Shown piece after piece: positions 12,023-24,739 of a stretch of 64,000 bases of DNA. The notes under the pieces were generated by a model, which did no database searches, was not told the origin of the DNA, and saw nothing but the letters and a program-made list of their open reading frames with translations. The DNA is from Mobula birostris. Lineage: Eukaryota. The DNA is taken from the NCBI RefSeq assembly GCF_030028105.1, contig NC_092390.1, positions 16,214,507-16,278,506 on the forward strand, written 5' to 3'. The position numbers and the translations under genes were made by a program. Numbering within the stretch: position 1 is the stretch's first letter; each line of letters opens with the position of its first letter.

Positions 12023-15000
12023 CGGGCAGCCTCTTCATTGTAGTGTAATTAAAGGATGTGTATAATTAAATGTATCTAAATTTAGCCTTAAACTGAATAA
12101 TGTGTTTAGTAATATTTTATATTTTAACTTTTTAAAATGTGCAATACACAGTGAGCTCCAGAAGGATCTTTTGAAGTTGGTGACCCTCCACTGATGCAAT
12201 AACAGCATTGCCTTGTCTCCTTTTCCTTCTGATATTTCAAGCCAGTCCTTCATCCCCACCCCTGCCCCCTTCACATCTCTCACACAAATATTGGACAGTT
12301 GACATGTGTCTTACCTAGAATGGGGAAGCTGGTGGTAGAGTAGATGGCTTAGTCCTCTGTATCCTTGCAGTGATGATTCTCCACTGCCTGACAGCAGCCC
12401 TTGATCATGGTGTGGACTTGCTCTTAAACAAGTACTTTGCTGTCACAACTTGGCTCTGTCGATGACTGTTCCTATGCAGGAGTAATCGGGGTACTTAGTC
12501 CCTGGAGCTCAGTTCATTTTCACTAAGTGAGACTTTCGGGCTTCAGCTGGCAATGAAAGTGTTTGCTGTCTGCAGCTCATGCACATCTGTGAAAACTAAT
12601 GACCTTTCGATACCTCTGAATGCATTTTATATGGTGATTCTCAGTCGGAATGGTTAACGGAATTGCTCTCTGCAGAGAGGAACAAGCTCGATGTTGGAAA
12701 TGAGTGTCACACTGCTGGGATGCACACTGGGTCTGTTAATATCTGTAGAGAAAGATGGGCTAATAATTTGGGTGCATCAACTTAATTAAATGTACATGAA
12801 ATGGTTGAGTGTGATGGGAGAGCTCCCTGTCTACACCATCTGAAGTGATCCTGACTGGGTTTACTGGCACTTACTGAAAGCAAACTAGCCCGGGTTTCTT
12901 TAACCCCATCATTTCTGTCTGCTGTTTTTGAGAGCTGATGCCTTGTAAACAACAGTGGGGCTTCTGATGCAGGTTTTAGTCTGAGATGTGAGTGGTCTAA
13001 GCTGCTGGCTCACGGTGAGTGGGGTTTCCAACATCTGTAGCTGCCCATCGATGACCATTTGAAAAGCTGAACAACTTGGCAGTGGATTAGAGAACTGAAG
13101 AGCATTAACCTTATTGCAACTGGACTGGATGATGAAGCTGACATGTCAAATTCATCTTTTAGACATGTGGCCAGTGTACCTTCATCTAAAAGAATTAACA
13201 GCCACTCTTGTAATGAGAGATGTTGAGGCTAGGTTCATAGCTTGAGGTGGTGAGAACCAGCACCAGGAATGCATTGCTGAGCATCTTGTGGCAAAACAGC
13301 TCCTAACACTTAAAACTGGGAAGAGTGTGGGAAGGATGTCCCTCCCCCAACTTGAAGGACAGTTGTCAGAAGAGACTGGCCAGGCTAAGACTTTCTTTTG
13401 GAAGCCTTGTTTAAAATCATAATGGGTATAGATAGTGAATATCTGCTGTCTTATTCCCACGTTGGGGAGTGTACAAGGCATAGGTTTAAGATGAAAGGGG
13501 AAAGAACTAATACTAACTTGAAGGTCAATTATTTTTACACAGGGTGGTAAAAAAAGTTACCAGAGGAAGTCGTTGAGGCAGTTCCTGTTGCTGACATTGA
13601 AGAGACACTTTAATTAGAAAAGTTGAGGGATATGAGTCACCGGTGAATGGGACTAGCTGGGATGGGTATCTTGGACAGTCTAGATGAGTTGGGCTGAAGA
13701 GCCTGTTTCTATTGTTGTCTTTCACTATGCTTGCCTTGCAGACCATACAGTTTAAAGTGTTAAAGGCATAAATAGCTTGTCTTTAACACTTCGCTGTCCA
13801 TTATGTAGAGAAAAATGTCATTGAAAATCCAGAGATCTGGGCAGGGATAGGGTCAGGTGCCCGAGCATTAAATTGGGTTTGAAATTCCACTCGGATGTTA
13901 GGATATGGGTGCAGTACTTTTTAGTGTGAGCAAGTAAATGGGTGCCAGGCCTTCAGAGCTCTGATGCCTGAACAACCAGTTTGTTCCAATACTTAATCCT
14001 CAGTCACATCACAAATGTGATTATTTTCAGAGAGATTCTGCAGATGCTGGAAATCCAGAGCAACAATGCTGGAGGAACTCAGCAGATCAAGTGACATCTA
14101 TGCAATGGAAGAAACAGTCAATGTTTTGGGCTGAGACCCTTTAGCATGAATCTTGATATAGGGTCTTACCCCTCTCCACTGATGTTGCCTGACCAGCATT
14201 TTGTTACAAATGCAGATAATCTGTGCTGATCTGTGTAAAATTTCTGCTGTTTCCTCTGTTAAACATTGCCTACACAAAAATAAACACCTTTGTGGCTGGG
14301 GAGTGCTTTGGGGTGACCTGGAGTTGTGTATATGAGCATCTTCATTGTGCAGGTTTATGAGTGAAACTTCCTTTCCCACCTGCATTAAACATAACTTTCT
14401 CACATTTTTCAGATATTCAGTTGTTTATTTGAAGTTGATCTTCATGCACATCGCATTCTCCCAGACCACCTTGTCAATTCATGCACCTCCTTTAACTCTT
14501 ACAATGAGAGAGCTCAGTTCAAATTGGCCAAGAACTGACTGCAGGGAATTGCAAACTGAAGTACTGCTGTCTGAATGTGCTTTGTCCTGTCACAACATCT
14601 GTTTTCATAACGCTTCACCAAATACACTTCCTGCAGCCAGCCACATACACACAGCAAACAAACACTAGTTAGGCTTGGTGCTTGGTACAGCTGCTCCTCA
14701 CCCTGTGCTTTCTTTGATCTCCCCAGATGGTGCTGGTTGAGGGCAATTGGGGTGTGGTTGCAGTGGTATTGCTTTTCTGGTGTGGGGGAGAGGCTGTATT
14801 TTACACCCAGTTCCACAAACTGCACCAGATTTCCAACTGGGTTTTCCAGTTCCATTGGAGTTTGTGTGCACTCTGGTAAAAATGAAACTGCCATGCCCAG
14901 CATTGAAAAAGCTTTAACTTAAATAAATTCTCTCCTGTCATATTGAGTTACTGAATTTTTTTAAAAGTCTGACCTGATGGGCTCTGGTGTCTCAGGAGAT

Positions 15001-16284
15001 GATGAAACTGGGGCACTAATCCTGCTCATTGACTGTTCTGGCTCCTGGAAGCAGAGTCTCCAGTTCACAGTAAAATTACCTCAGTTCAGTGTGGTCATAC
15101 TTAAGTTTTATTCAATATTATACAAACATGGGTACATAGAATCACAATCAAAATAGATAACACATTCTCTGTGCCTATTTACAGATTTAAAAAGTAGCAA
15201 ATAAAATGAAAACATTTACAATGCTATTCCCCACCAGTAAATGCAGCCTCTGATTGCTCCACTATGACGGGGAAGGAGAATGGTGGTGTGAACTAGAAAA
15301 CTGTCTACCTCTCCGGAAGCCCAACCTTTGTTTAACATTGCTTTTTGTTAACCACTGATCTCAAAGTCAAAGTAAATTTATTATCAAAGTACATATTTAT
15401 TACCATATGCTACATTGAGATTAATTTTCACGAAAATAACAATTTACAGAAAAAAACTACAGATTTGTCTTCACCCTTCATTTTGGCCAACAGTGGTGCT
15501 GTCAGCAAACTTAAATATGGCTTTGAAGCTGTACTTGGCCCTCGGTCAAAAGTTGAAGCAAGCAGACCAGGTGGCTAAACATACAGTCTTGTGGTACACC
15601 TGCGCTGGTAGAGATTGTGGAGGAGATATTGCTGATGTGAACCGATCGGGGTTTGCAAATAAGGAAATTGAGGATCCAGTTGCTTGTTGAATTCTTCTAA
15701 TTTGAGTAAATTTTTGCTGCTGGTTCATTCAAAAAGCTTGTCAGAATTATAGTTATTCATAAATTCAATTTTATTTTTCTCTTGCTTAAATACTTGCAAG
15801 AAAATGACACTCCTGCTCACTTGAGTTATAACTGTATGACAAACACAGTTCCAATGCTATATTCAAGTTTGCTGATGACACCACTGATGTAGACCAAATC
15901 AAAGATGGTGACAGATCAGCATAGAGGAGGGAGATGGAAAAGCTGGCTGAGTGGTGTCACAACAACCTGATGCCAGCAAGACCAAGGACCTGATTACAGA
16001 CCTAAAGAGAAGGAAACCAGGGGTCCATGAGCCAGTCCTCATTGGAGGATCAGAGGTGGAGAGGGTCATCAACTTGATTTCAGAGGACCTGTCCTGTGCC
16101 CTGCGTGTAAGTGCAATTACAAAGAAAGCCTCTACGTTGGCAGAGATTTGGCATGACATCTGAAACGTTGACAAGCTTCTATAGATGTGTAGTGATACAG
16201 ATAATGGCCTAGTCCACCTCAGGTAAAGACCTACCCACCATTGAGCATATCTATATGAAACACTGTTGTGGGAAAACAACATTT

Positions 16285-16408
16285 GGGTCTCGGCCCAAAA
16301 CGTTGACTGCACCTCTTCCTAGAGATGCTGCCTGGCCTGCTGCGTTCACCAGCAACTTTGATGTGTGTTGCTTGAATTCCCAGCATCTGCAGAATTCCTC
16401 GTGTTTGC
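16285..16408 (+). mobile_element. Penelope-like 3' mini-copy inside a Rex1 fragment (similar short copies at about 5272-5430, 14030-14205, 17278-17360, 39497-39720, 40665-40735, 44520-44680, 45136-45290, 49436-49570)
   Basis: Shared body GATGCTGCCTGGCCTGCTG..CAGCA..GTGTGTTG and tail CCAGCATCTGCAGA. No 14-bp TSD is seen for this copy. Confidence 0.75.
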
Positions 16409-18042
16409 ATTCATCACCAGTGATCATCCCCCGGACATGCTCTCCTCTCATGACAGCCGTGCAAAAGAAGGTACAGGAGCTTTGGGATTCTCATTACCAG
16501 TCCCTACCCCTCAACCATCAGGCTCTTGAACCAAAGGGGATAACTTCGCTTGTCCCATCACTGAAATGTTCCCACAACCAATAGACTCACTTTCAAGGAC
16601 TCTTCATATCATGCTCTCAATATTTATTGCTTATTTATTTTTTAAGTTTTTTTCTTTTTGTATTTGCAGTTTGTTGTGTTCTGCACTCTGGTTGAACACC
16701 CTAGGTGGGCAGTCTTTCATTGATATGGTTATCATTCTGTTAGTGAGGATGCCATTAGAAAATGAATTTCAGGATTGTATAAGGTGATATCTATGTACCA
16801 TGATAATAAACTTATTTTGAACCTAACTCTATATGGTAACATATACATATTTCAATAATTTTGACTTTTTAAAAGTTTGTGTTGTTTAAAATAATAAATT
16901 TTTGTTTATTATCATCCCATGCTCAAAGTTACCTTAGATCTGTGTTCACTCACAAACTTTCTGGTGGTGGATCACTGCAGCAAGCCGTCAACTTAGGTGC
17001 CCAGCAAAAGCCATGTGGTGTGGAGTTGCTGCCTCAACTCCAAAGTCCCAGGTTCAATCTCAACCTCGGCCGCTGCCTTCGTGGAGTTTTATGCTCATTG
17101 TTATATGATCCACATTCCTCCCTCTTCCCAAAGACATGTTGGCCAGTGGGTTAGAAACTGGGGGGTGGGGGTGAAGGGGAGATGATGTGAGATTCAGAAT
17201 AGGTAAGTGCTTGATGCTCAGTACGAGATGACCAGACCACAGGGATGATCCAATACATTTGCTCTTTCTGGGTTTAATGGGTCTCAGCCCAAAACATTGA
17301 CTGTTTATTCCTCTCTGATGCTGCCTGTGACCTGCTGAGTTCCTCCAGCAGTGTGTGTCCATGGGGAAGGTTTAAAGGTTTATTTCTGTCCACGAGGCGG
17401 AGACAAATCACTTGTTTAAAGTTAGACTGGAGCCGAGTCCACCTCGTACGCAATAGCATAGTCCTGCCCCTCGCGTGAAGGGGAATCTAATGCAGCCATC
17501 TCTTTGATGTGACTGAAATTAATCTACCTAAGTACTTAAGTTTGTTTTATATGGACACCACAGCAAGACTGAATAAATAACAATAAATAATGGAGCTGAG
17601 TCCACAGCCAGACGCTGCCCCTCCTGCTCAACTGCAGCAGTATTGAACTGTTGAAATTCTCTGCCTGTGAGGACAGTGGAGGCTCAGTCAATGACTGAAC
17701 ACAGGAGATTCCTGGATATCGGAGTTGAGGGATATGGGGATAAGGCAGAGAAACAGGACCTGGGTAGGTCACTCACTGGTAGAATAGTACAGGAGGGTTG
17801 AGGAGCTGAATAGATCCCTCCTGCTCTTAATTCCTTATGGCTGATTTATTATCCTCTTCAACCCCATTCTCCTGCCTTGTCTCTATAACCTTTACCGCCT
17901 AATCATGAACCTATCAATCTCTGCTTTAAGGACTGGAAAGGAAGAGGGCAGAAGCCTGGGGGGTGGGGGGCTGCAGTAGGACTACAAGCTGGTAGGTGCC
18001 CATGCTTGCCTGCCTTACCCCAGAGAGTGTTGACACCACCCT

Positions 18043-18404
18043 TCACCAGTCCCTCTCCCGTGGCTTCCTGTACACCAGCCCCAGTTGTTGGAAGATGACC
18101 TCCTCGGTGGGCGTGGGAACAGTGTGGCCGTAGCTGACCTTGGTCCCACCCTCCCTCAGCACCTGGCTCTTCAGCGAGTGCTCAGACAGACTCATGTTCT
18201 TGGTTTTGGCCAAGGCGCGCATGGAGCAGTTGAAGTATGCAGAGCCAGTGAAGTACATCAGGGCACAGGCAAACTCCGTGTACGGGACCACGATGATGTC
18301 AAGCCTGCGGTAGCGGCGCCCACACCCCGGCAGCCGGCAAACACCCAGATACTTCACCTGGTTCCTGTTCTGTTCCTGACACATCAGGTCATCCGTGATG
18401 AACC
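18043..18404 (-). CDS. POLL: DNA polymerase lambda last coding exon (loop 1, palm D490, N helix, thumb; ends RERDW*)
   Basis: (t)n gcaag| acceptor (AAG, less common), 362 nt. [55 protein letters not shown] matches human Pol lambda. Confidence 0.97.
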
Positions 18405-18504
18405 CTTGCAAAAAAAAAGGTAGCCGTCAATAAACCGTGCAACAGGCAGTGCTATCAGAAATGTTACATTTCTGTACAGTCTAAACACAAAGCACACAGA
18501 TAGA

Positions 18505-18880
18505 AGCTCCGCCACACCATCCCATCACACCTGGGGTCAGATACAGAGTGAAGCTCTTGACACTGTCCCATTACACACCCCTGGGGTCAGACACAGTGAA
18601 GCTCCCTCTATGCTGTCCCATCACACATTACTGACATCAGACACAGAGTGAAGCTCCCTCTGTACTATCCCATCACACACCCCTGGGGTCAGACACTGAA
18701 TGAAGTTCATCCCATCTCTCACTCTTGGAGTTAAATACAGAGTTAAACTCCTTTTGAACAATTCCATCACACAATCCCAGGCAGGGACAGCATAGGTTAG
18801 ACACAATAAAGCTCTTGCATAGCATCCCATCAAACACTCCAGGACATGCGCAACACAGGTTTGGAAGATACACTTCTCCA
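18505..18880. repeat. Degenerate ~50-bp minisatellite in the last POLL intron
   Basis: At least 4 units of CACACCCCTGGGGTCAGACACAGAGTGAAGCTCCCTCT..GTCCCATCA, decaying rightwards. Confidence 0.8.
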
Positions 18881-20383
18881 AGGACATATTCCAGTCCCAT
18901 GTGTAGAGCTGTAACCAGTCGAACTCAATAGGCTTCACAGCCACTCTGTGACACGTTGCACCCATCCACGTGGGAAATGCTGATGCTGCAGAGGGAGGGG
19001 AACAGAAGGGAGCGCAGTTCTGCCGAGCCTTCCACCACTCTCTACAAGGGAACCCCAGCAGAGCTGCTGGAAATGTGGCTGCCCAGTCTCTTGACAATTG
19101 TCATCATGTCTGTGGTGTCGCGTGAAGGAGAATTATCAGCCAGAAACTAGAAGCAGGACTTCTACGAGCAGCTCCCTCTCCTCCGAGACATTTTATGTCT
19201 GCTCTCCCTCATAACTGCCTGGATTATACAGGTCAGTGGGGGCTGGCTCACAGTCAGAATGACCTCTAGTGACGTCCGAAATAAAAACACAATGCAGTAG
19301 GTCAGTTGTCATTTGCAACAGAGTCCTCAAACTGTAACATTAACCCCGTTTTTCTCTCTCCACACAACACACAGTTATTGGCAGGATACTTGGCAGTGTG
19401 GAGCAACAGAGGGATCTTGGGGTTCACATCATAGATCACTCAAAATTACCACACATCTGTTCCATAGGGTGGTTAAGAAAGCATGTGGTGCGTCAGCCGC
19501 CTTTACCCAGGGATAGAGTTCATGAGCCCATTTAAAACTCTGGTTCGGCCTCACTATGCTCACTTCTGGTCACCTCATTACAGGAAGGATGTGAAGCTTC
19601 AGAGAGGGTGCAGAGGAGATTTACCAGGATGCTGCCTGGATTAGACACCATGTCTTATGAGGATAGGCTGAACAAGCTAAGGGTTTTCTCTTTGGAGCGA
19701 AGGAGGATGATGGTGACTTGATAGAGGTGTACAAGATGATAAGAGGCATAGATCGAGTGAGTAGCCAGAGACTTTTTCTCAGGGAGAAATGGCTAATACA
19801 AGGAGGTATACAGTACTGTATATTGGTTAAAATAGGAAGATGATTGGAAGATGATTTAGCTGAGTTGTATTAAGTGTTATTTGGTAACTCAAAAGACATG
19901 TTATACAGTATTGTGCCAAAGACTTCAGCACTCTAGCTTTATACATGTGCCTGAAACTTCTGCATGGCACTGTAATTTAAGGGTGATTTGAGGAAAATAA
20001 AGCAGGATATCAGAGGATAATCTTTAACATAGAGAGTGGGTATGGGGCACACCCTGCCAGGGGTGGTAGTAGAGGCAGATACATTAGGAACATTTAAGAG
20101 ACCCTTAGGCACATGGATGATAGAAGAGGACTATGGGAGAAGGGTCATGAGAAGATTATGAGGACTTGGAGTAGTTTAAAAGGCTGGCACAACATTGTGG
20201 GCCAAAGAGCCAAAACTGTGCTGTAATGTTCTGTGTTGTAGATGCAGCCCAACCTGTTGAGTACTTGAGTAGCTTCTGGTTCTAGCACCTGCAATGTCCT
20301 GCACAGGGCTGTATATTAGATCCCTGGAGACCTTCATTCCGAACCGTGTCCCTGTACCAGTTACCAATTCACATCGAGCTCAC

Positions 20384-20552
20384 CTTGGTCTTTCAGACCG
20401 TCGAGGAGTTTGCTGAAGACGCCTCTGTGTGACTTTCCATCGGGATGTGTGATGAGGACATCCACGTCGCCACAGGTGGGCTTTCCACGGCGGAAGGAGC
20501 CACAGGCGAAGCCGATCAGGCCTGGATTAATGGAGTGAGCCATGTTGCACAC
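20384..20552 (-). CDS. POLL: POLL exon with catalytic GDVD motif
   Basis: ttctctag| acceptor and AAG|gtgagc donor, 169 nt. [23 protein letters not shown] retains the D427 and D429 equivalents. Confidence 0.97.
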
Positions 20553-22129
20553 CTAGAGAACACAGAATGATCCCAATGGCTCCATCAATTCCACACCTTG
20601 TTTCCCTCCATGCTGCTCCTCCAGTCCCAGCTGTACAAAATTCCCTCTTGCTCATTCCCTGCTCTGACACCACAAATTTTACCTGTGCTATGCACTGCAT
20701 GCATTTTCCATGATATTTTACTAGCTTATTTATGGTAGTATTTGGTTTACGTGTGTGTGAGAGATCTGTTTTGTGAGTTATGCTGTCTTTCGTTTGGTTA
20801 CATACCGTATATGTACAGTCAGTTGATATTAATTTGAACTTGATTACCTTCAGCATCTTCCCTGGTCTGAGGATCACATTTGCCTCAGTGTGTTAGTGCT
20901 ACGGCTGGACATGGCTGACAAATCCTGATAACCTCTCTAATGATTCTGGTGAGATGGTGGTGTGCTCAGATGTAACAGATTCTACGGGCCAACCAAACCT
21001 GTCATTGTCTTTTTAAAATGTATTTGCTATGATCGCAAGAACCTGCTGGACATGAAGAAGTTAAAGTACTGCAAGTCGACCCCATCAGTGAGTTGCTCGT
21101 TGGTGGAGAAACTGAAGGAGCTGGACTTGGTGCGGATCGCGCTGCTGTCTGCATGAAGGTGGTGATTGTCTTGGTTGCTTTTCTTGTGATCGTAAGACCC
21201 TGTTGGGCATTGGTAATGTGGAGTGCTGCAGGTCTCCTTCACCGTTTTATTGGTGAACGGCGGGGGAGCCGTGTGGCCTTGGTTGTAGCAAGGACTAGGT
21301 CTCAAACTGCGGTGTCACCTGTTTGTGGCTGCCCAGGAGAGAGGCGTCAGAGTCCGTACGTTCCACCAAAGGCAGTGTGGCACAGCGTCCATACTTGTTT
21401 CGGTGCTGCCCTTCAGCGTTCACTCGGCAGAAGACAAGACGTACTGTGTTTGACTGCAGACTGCTGCAACATTCACAGACTCAGGGACCTGAACTATGTT
21501 TTTTTATGTATAACCGTGTTTTCCCACTGCCTTCTATGTGTTACATTTGCCTTGTTGTGTGAATGGCTGTTGATACTGTGTTTTGCACCACGGCCCCAGA
21601 GTAACACTGTTCCTTTTGTCTGTATTCATGGGTATTCCATCTATGGTTGAATTACAGCTGAACTGGAATTTGAATTTAAACCGTGCAATGGTCAGACAGT
21701 GTAAGCTGGCCTTTGTCAGCTCCCCAAAGCGTGGATGGGGGTGCAGATGCTGCTGCAAGTACCTTTAGCTTTGTCACACGTACATCGAACATACAGTGAA
21801 CTGCATCGTTTGCGTCAGTAACCATTAGTACTGTCAGGCTTCTGACCCCAACATAGCATGCCCATAACTTACCAACTTTAACCCATACAGCTTTGGAAGG
21901 TGGGAGGAAACTGGAGTACCCACAGTCACAGGAAGAATGTACAAGTTCCTTACAGACAGTGGTGGCAGTTGAACCCTAATCGCTGGTTCTTTAAAGCAGT
22001 ACAGTAACTTTTACTTTATGCTCGCTCAGTGGATATGTAATGATCTGATCTGTATACGGTATCTCGGTACACGAGACAGTAATGGACCAACAGCAATTCC
22101 AATCGGGAAATGAGGGTAAGTTGTTAGAG

Positions 22130-22231
22130 CAACACACATCAAAGTCGCTGGTGAACACAGCATCTCTAGGAAGAGGTACAGTTGATGTTTCGGGCTGAGA
22201 CCCTTCGTCATCTGCAGATTTCCTCGTGTGT
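22130..22231. mobile_element. 102-bp inverted + direct Penelope-like mini-insertion
   Basis: Begins CAACACACATC (inverted arm), ends with the tail GCAGATTTCCTCGTGTGT. Perfect 14-bp TSD GTAAGTTGTTAGAG (22116-22129, 22232-22245). Confidence 0.88.
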
Positions 22232-22580
22232 GTAAGTTGTTAGAGTCCATTAACTCAGTGATAACACTGTAAGAGGATCCAAGATGGGAGGACTAGTTCC
22301 AGAACAGTGGAGTCAGTGTAGTACTGGTTGATGCCTTTCCCATGAGTTGATACAGAGGCCCCATCAGCCCTCCTAGTCGGGCGAGAGGGAGAGCTTGTCA
22401 ATGATTCTACTTGTTGGGAGGCATGTGTGGATAGTCATTTTGGGGGTTAGCTCAGATACAGTGGGCCAGACGAGGGAATACGCAGAGCTGAAAGGCTTTG
22501 TTTGGCAGCAGTACAACCATGGCACTTCACAGTCCCATCTCGCCCGAAACACTCATATGCTTGTAAGCATAAGGACTTAC

Positions 22581-22709
22581 AGTGTTCTCAATCTCAGCGG
22601 CCTCTTCTCGGGGCATCCGATCCAGGAAATCATGGTAGTGTTTGAGGCCAATTGTCTGCTGACTGGTGAGACTGGCTTTCGTCTTAATGTCTTCTAAAGT
22701 TCTGAAGCC
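22581..22709 (-). CDS. POLL: POLL exon [43 protein letters not shown]
   Basis: ttttccag| acceptor and ACT|gtaagt donor, 129 nt, phase 0-0. Confidence 0.97.
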
Positions 22710-23811
22710 CTGGAAAACACACCGACATGAATTGTGCAGGCGAGGACAGTGTAAGTGAAAGCTTTTGGTTTCCACCAGAAACGTTGAAGGTTAAAAGCCC
22801 AGAGTGGGCTGTGTCAGGGTTTCAAAGTGAGGGGTCACCATTCAGGTCTCATATCAGAAGAACCTCTTCACCCAGAAGGCCGTAAAGCACAGGAAAGGAA
22901 TTAGGCCATTCAGCCCATCGAGCCTGCTCTGGCATTCCATCACGGCTGGACTATTATCCCTCTCAACCCAAGTCTTATGCCCTTTTTCCAGTAACCTTTG
23001 ATGCTCTGACTAATCAAACAATTAATCTCCTTTTAAATAAACATTCTTTTAAAAATATGTGGACTTGGCCTCCACAGCTGTCTGTGGCAAAGAATTCCAC
23101 AGATTCCCCACCGTCTGGCTAAAGAAATTCCTCCTCATTAGGGACATCCTTCTACACTGAAGCTGTGCCCTGTGGTCCTAGACTCCCCTATTATAGGAAA
23201 TATCCTCTCACTAGACACTAAATCTCCACTCTACATTTACTCTATCTAGATCAGAGGTTTCTGATCTGGAGTCCATGAACACCTTGCTTTATGGTATTAG
23301 TCCATGGCATAAGAAAAGGTTGGGGGCCCCTGATCCCGATGATGAATCTTTGGAATGATCAACTAAGGGAGCCTGGAGAGGGTTAGTCAATGATACATCC
23401 AAGGTAGATTTCTACAGGCATCAAGAGAGTCAGGGAAGATAAATGGGAAAGGAAAGTGGTGCTGAGGCAAAAGAGCAGCCATGATTCTGTGCCAAGCCTA
23501 GCTGTAGGGTTGTTCGTAATTACAGTACATGGTAATTGGCTTATTATCGTCACATGTACTTATCGACTCATCATTTTCGCTTTATATCCCTGCTCAAGCT
23601 CTTAGGTTTTTTTCTGCCGACTTCATAAATTTAAACAATTTCCTCAAAAGATAACTGGCAGGTCAGCTCTTTTGAACTACTAAATTGTGGATTCAAAACC
23701 TACAACTATAAAAGATGTGCTCAGTTGACAGTTTTAAATGCCAGCTCAAAAGCCATTTATTTAATCTTGCTTTTAATTAACATCAATTTACCTACAATTT
23801 GCCTACCGACA

Positions 23812-24081
23812 CAACCGATCGGCTGGTGGTGCAGTGAGATCAGCGCCGGGCTCGAGAATGGAGGTTCCCGAGTTCGATCCAGTGACAGGCCGCCCCCGTG
23901 TGCGCTCTCCATCCGCGCCGGGTTGATGTCGAGCTCGCGACTCGGCCTCGTAAAATAATACTGCGAAATGTCTGTGCGAGGAGTGGCGCCCCACACAGCC
24001 CTTCGAACTGTGCCTTGTAAGGCATGAAAATGCCCGACACTGGCCCCTCAGGTCTGAGTCGACATCACCATCATCATCATC
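23812..24081 (+). mobile_element. Young tRNA-derived SINE with (CAT)n tail
   Basis: A box TGGTGCAGTGAG, B box GAGTTCGATCC, CpG-rich. 11-bp TSD GCCTACCGACA (23801-23811, 24082-24092) splitting a Rex1 QFAYRHN motif. Confidence 0.85.
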
Positions 24082-24739
24082 GCCTACCGACATAACGGAT
24101 CCTCAGATGACACAATAGCCACAGCTCTACACACCATCCTTACACATCTGGAGAAGAAGGATGCTTCTGTGAGAATGCTGTTCTTGGACTGCAGTTCAGC
24201 ATTCAACACCATAATTCCCTTCAGGCTCGACAAGAAGCTCAGAGACCTCGGCCTTCACCCTGCCTTGTGCAGCTGGATCCAGGACTTCCTGTCAGATCAC
24301 CAGCTGGTGGTAAGAGTGGGCTCCCTCACCTCTGCCCCTCAAAAGAGGTGCCTCTCAGGGCTGCATCCTAAGCCCCCTCCTTTACTCTCTGTATACCCAT
24401 GACTGTGTCGCCACCCACAAATCTGCTAATTAAATTTGCTGACAATACTACATTTATTGCGCTAATCTCTCTATTTAAAATTTTTTATTTGGATAAGGTA
24501 TTCGCAAGAATTATACAAACTTTTTTTTTTACATGTATAACCTTTTCCATTTTTTATATATGTATAAATCTATAATTATTTATACATTCACAAATACACA
24601 TTGAGATGATATAAAAAGTAATTAGCTGCTTAAATAGATAATTATGTGCAGTTGTAATTTCACTCTATTAGACTAAGAAATGATAATGGTTGTTAAAAAA
24701 ATACTAATAACAGTGGTTGAATAATAATTTCCATGTATT

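Noticed and set aside
12370-12450. C/D box snoRNA (GTGATGA at 12370)
   Set aside because: No terminal D box or closing stem at a suitable distance, and it is not intronic.
23812-23885. tRNA gene
   Set aside because: A and B boxes are present but there is no full cloverleaf, and the body, tail and TSD identify it as a SINE head.
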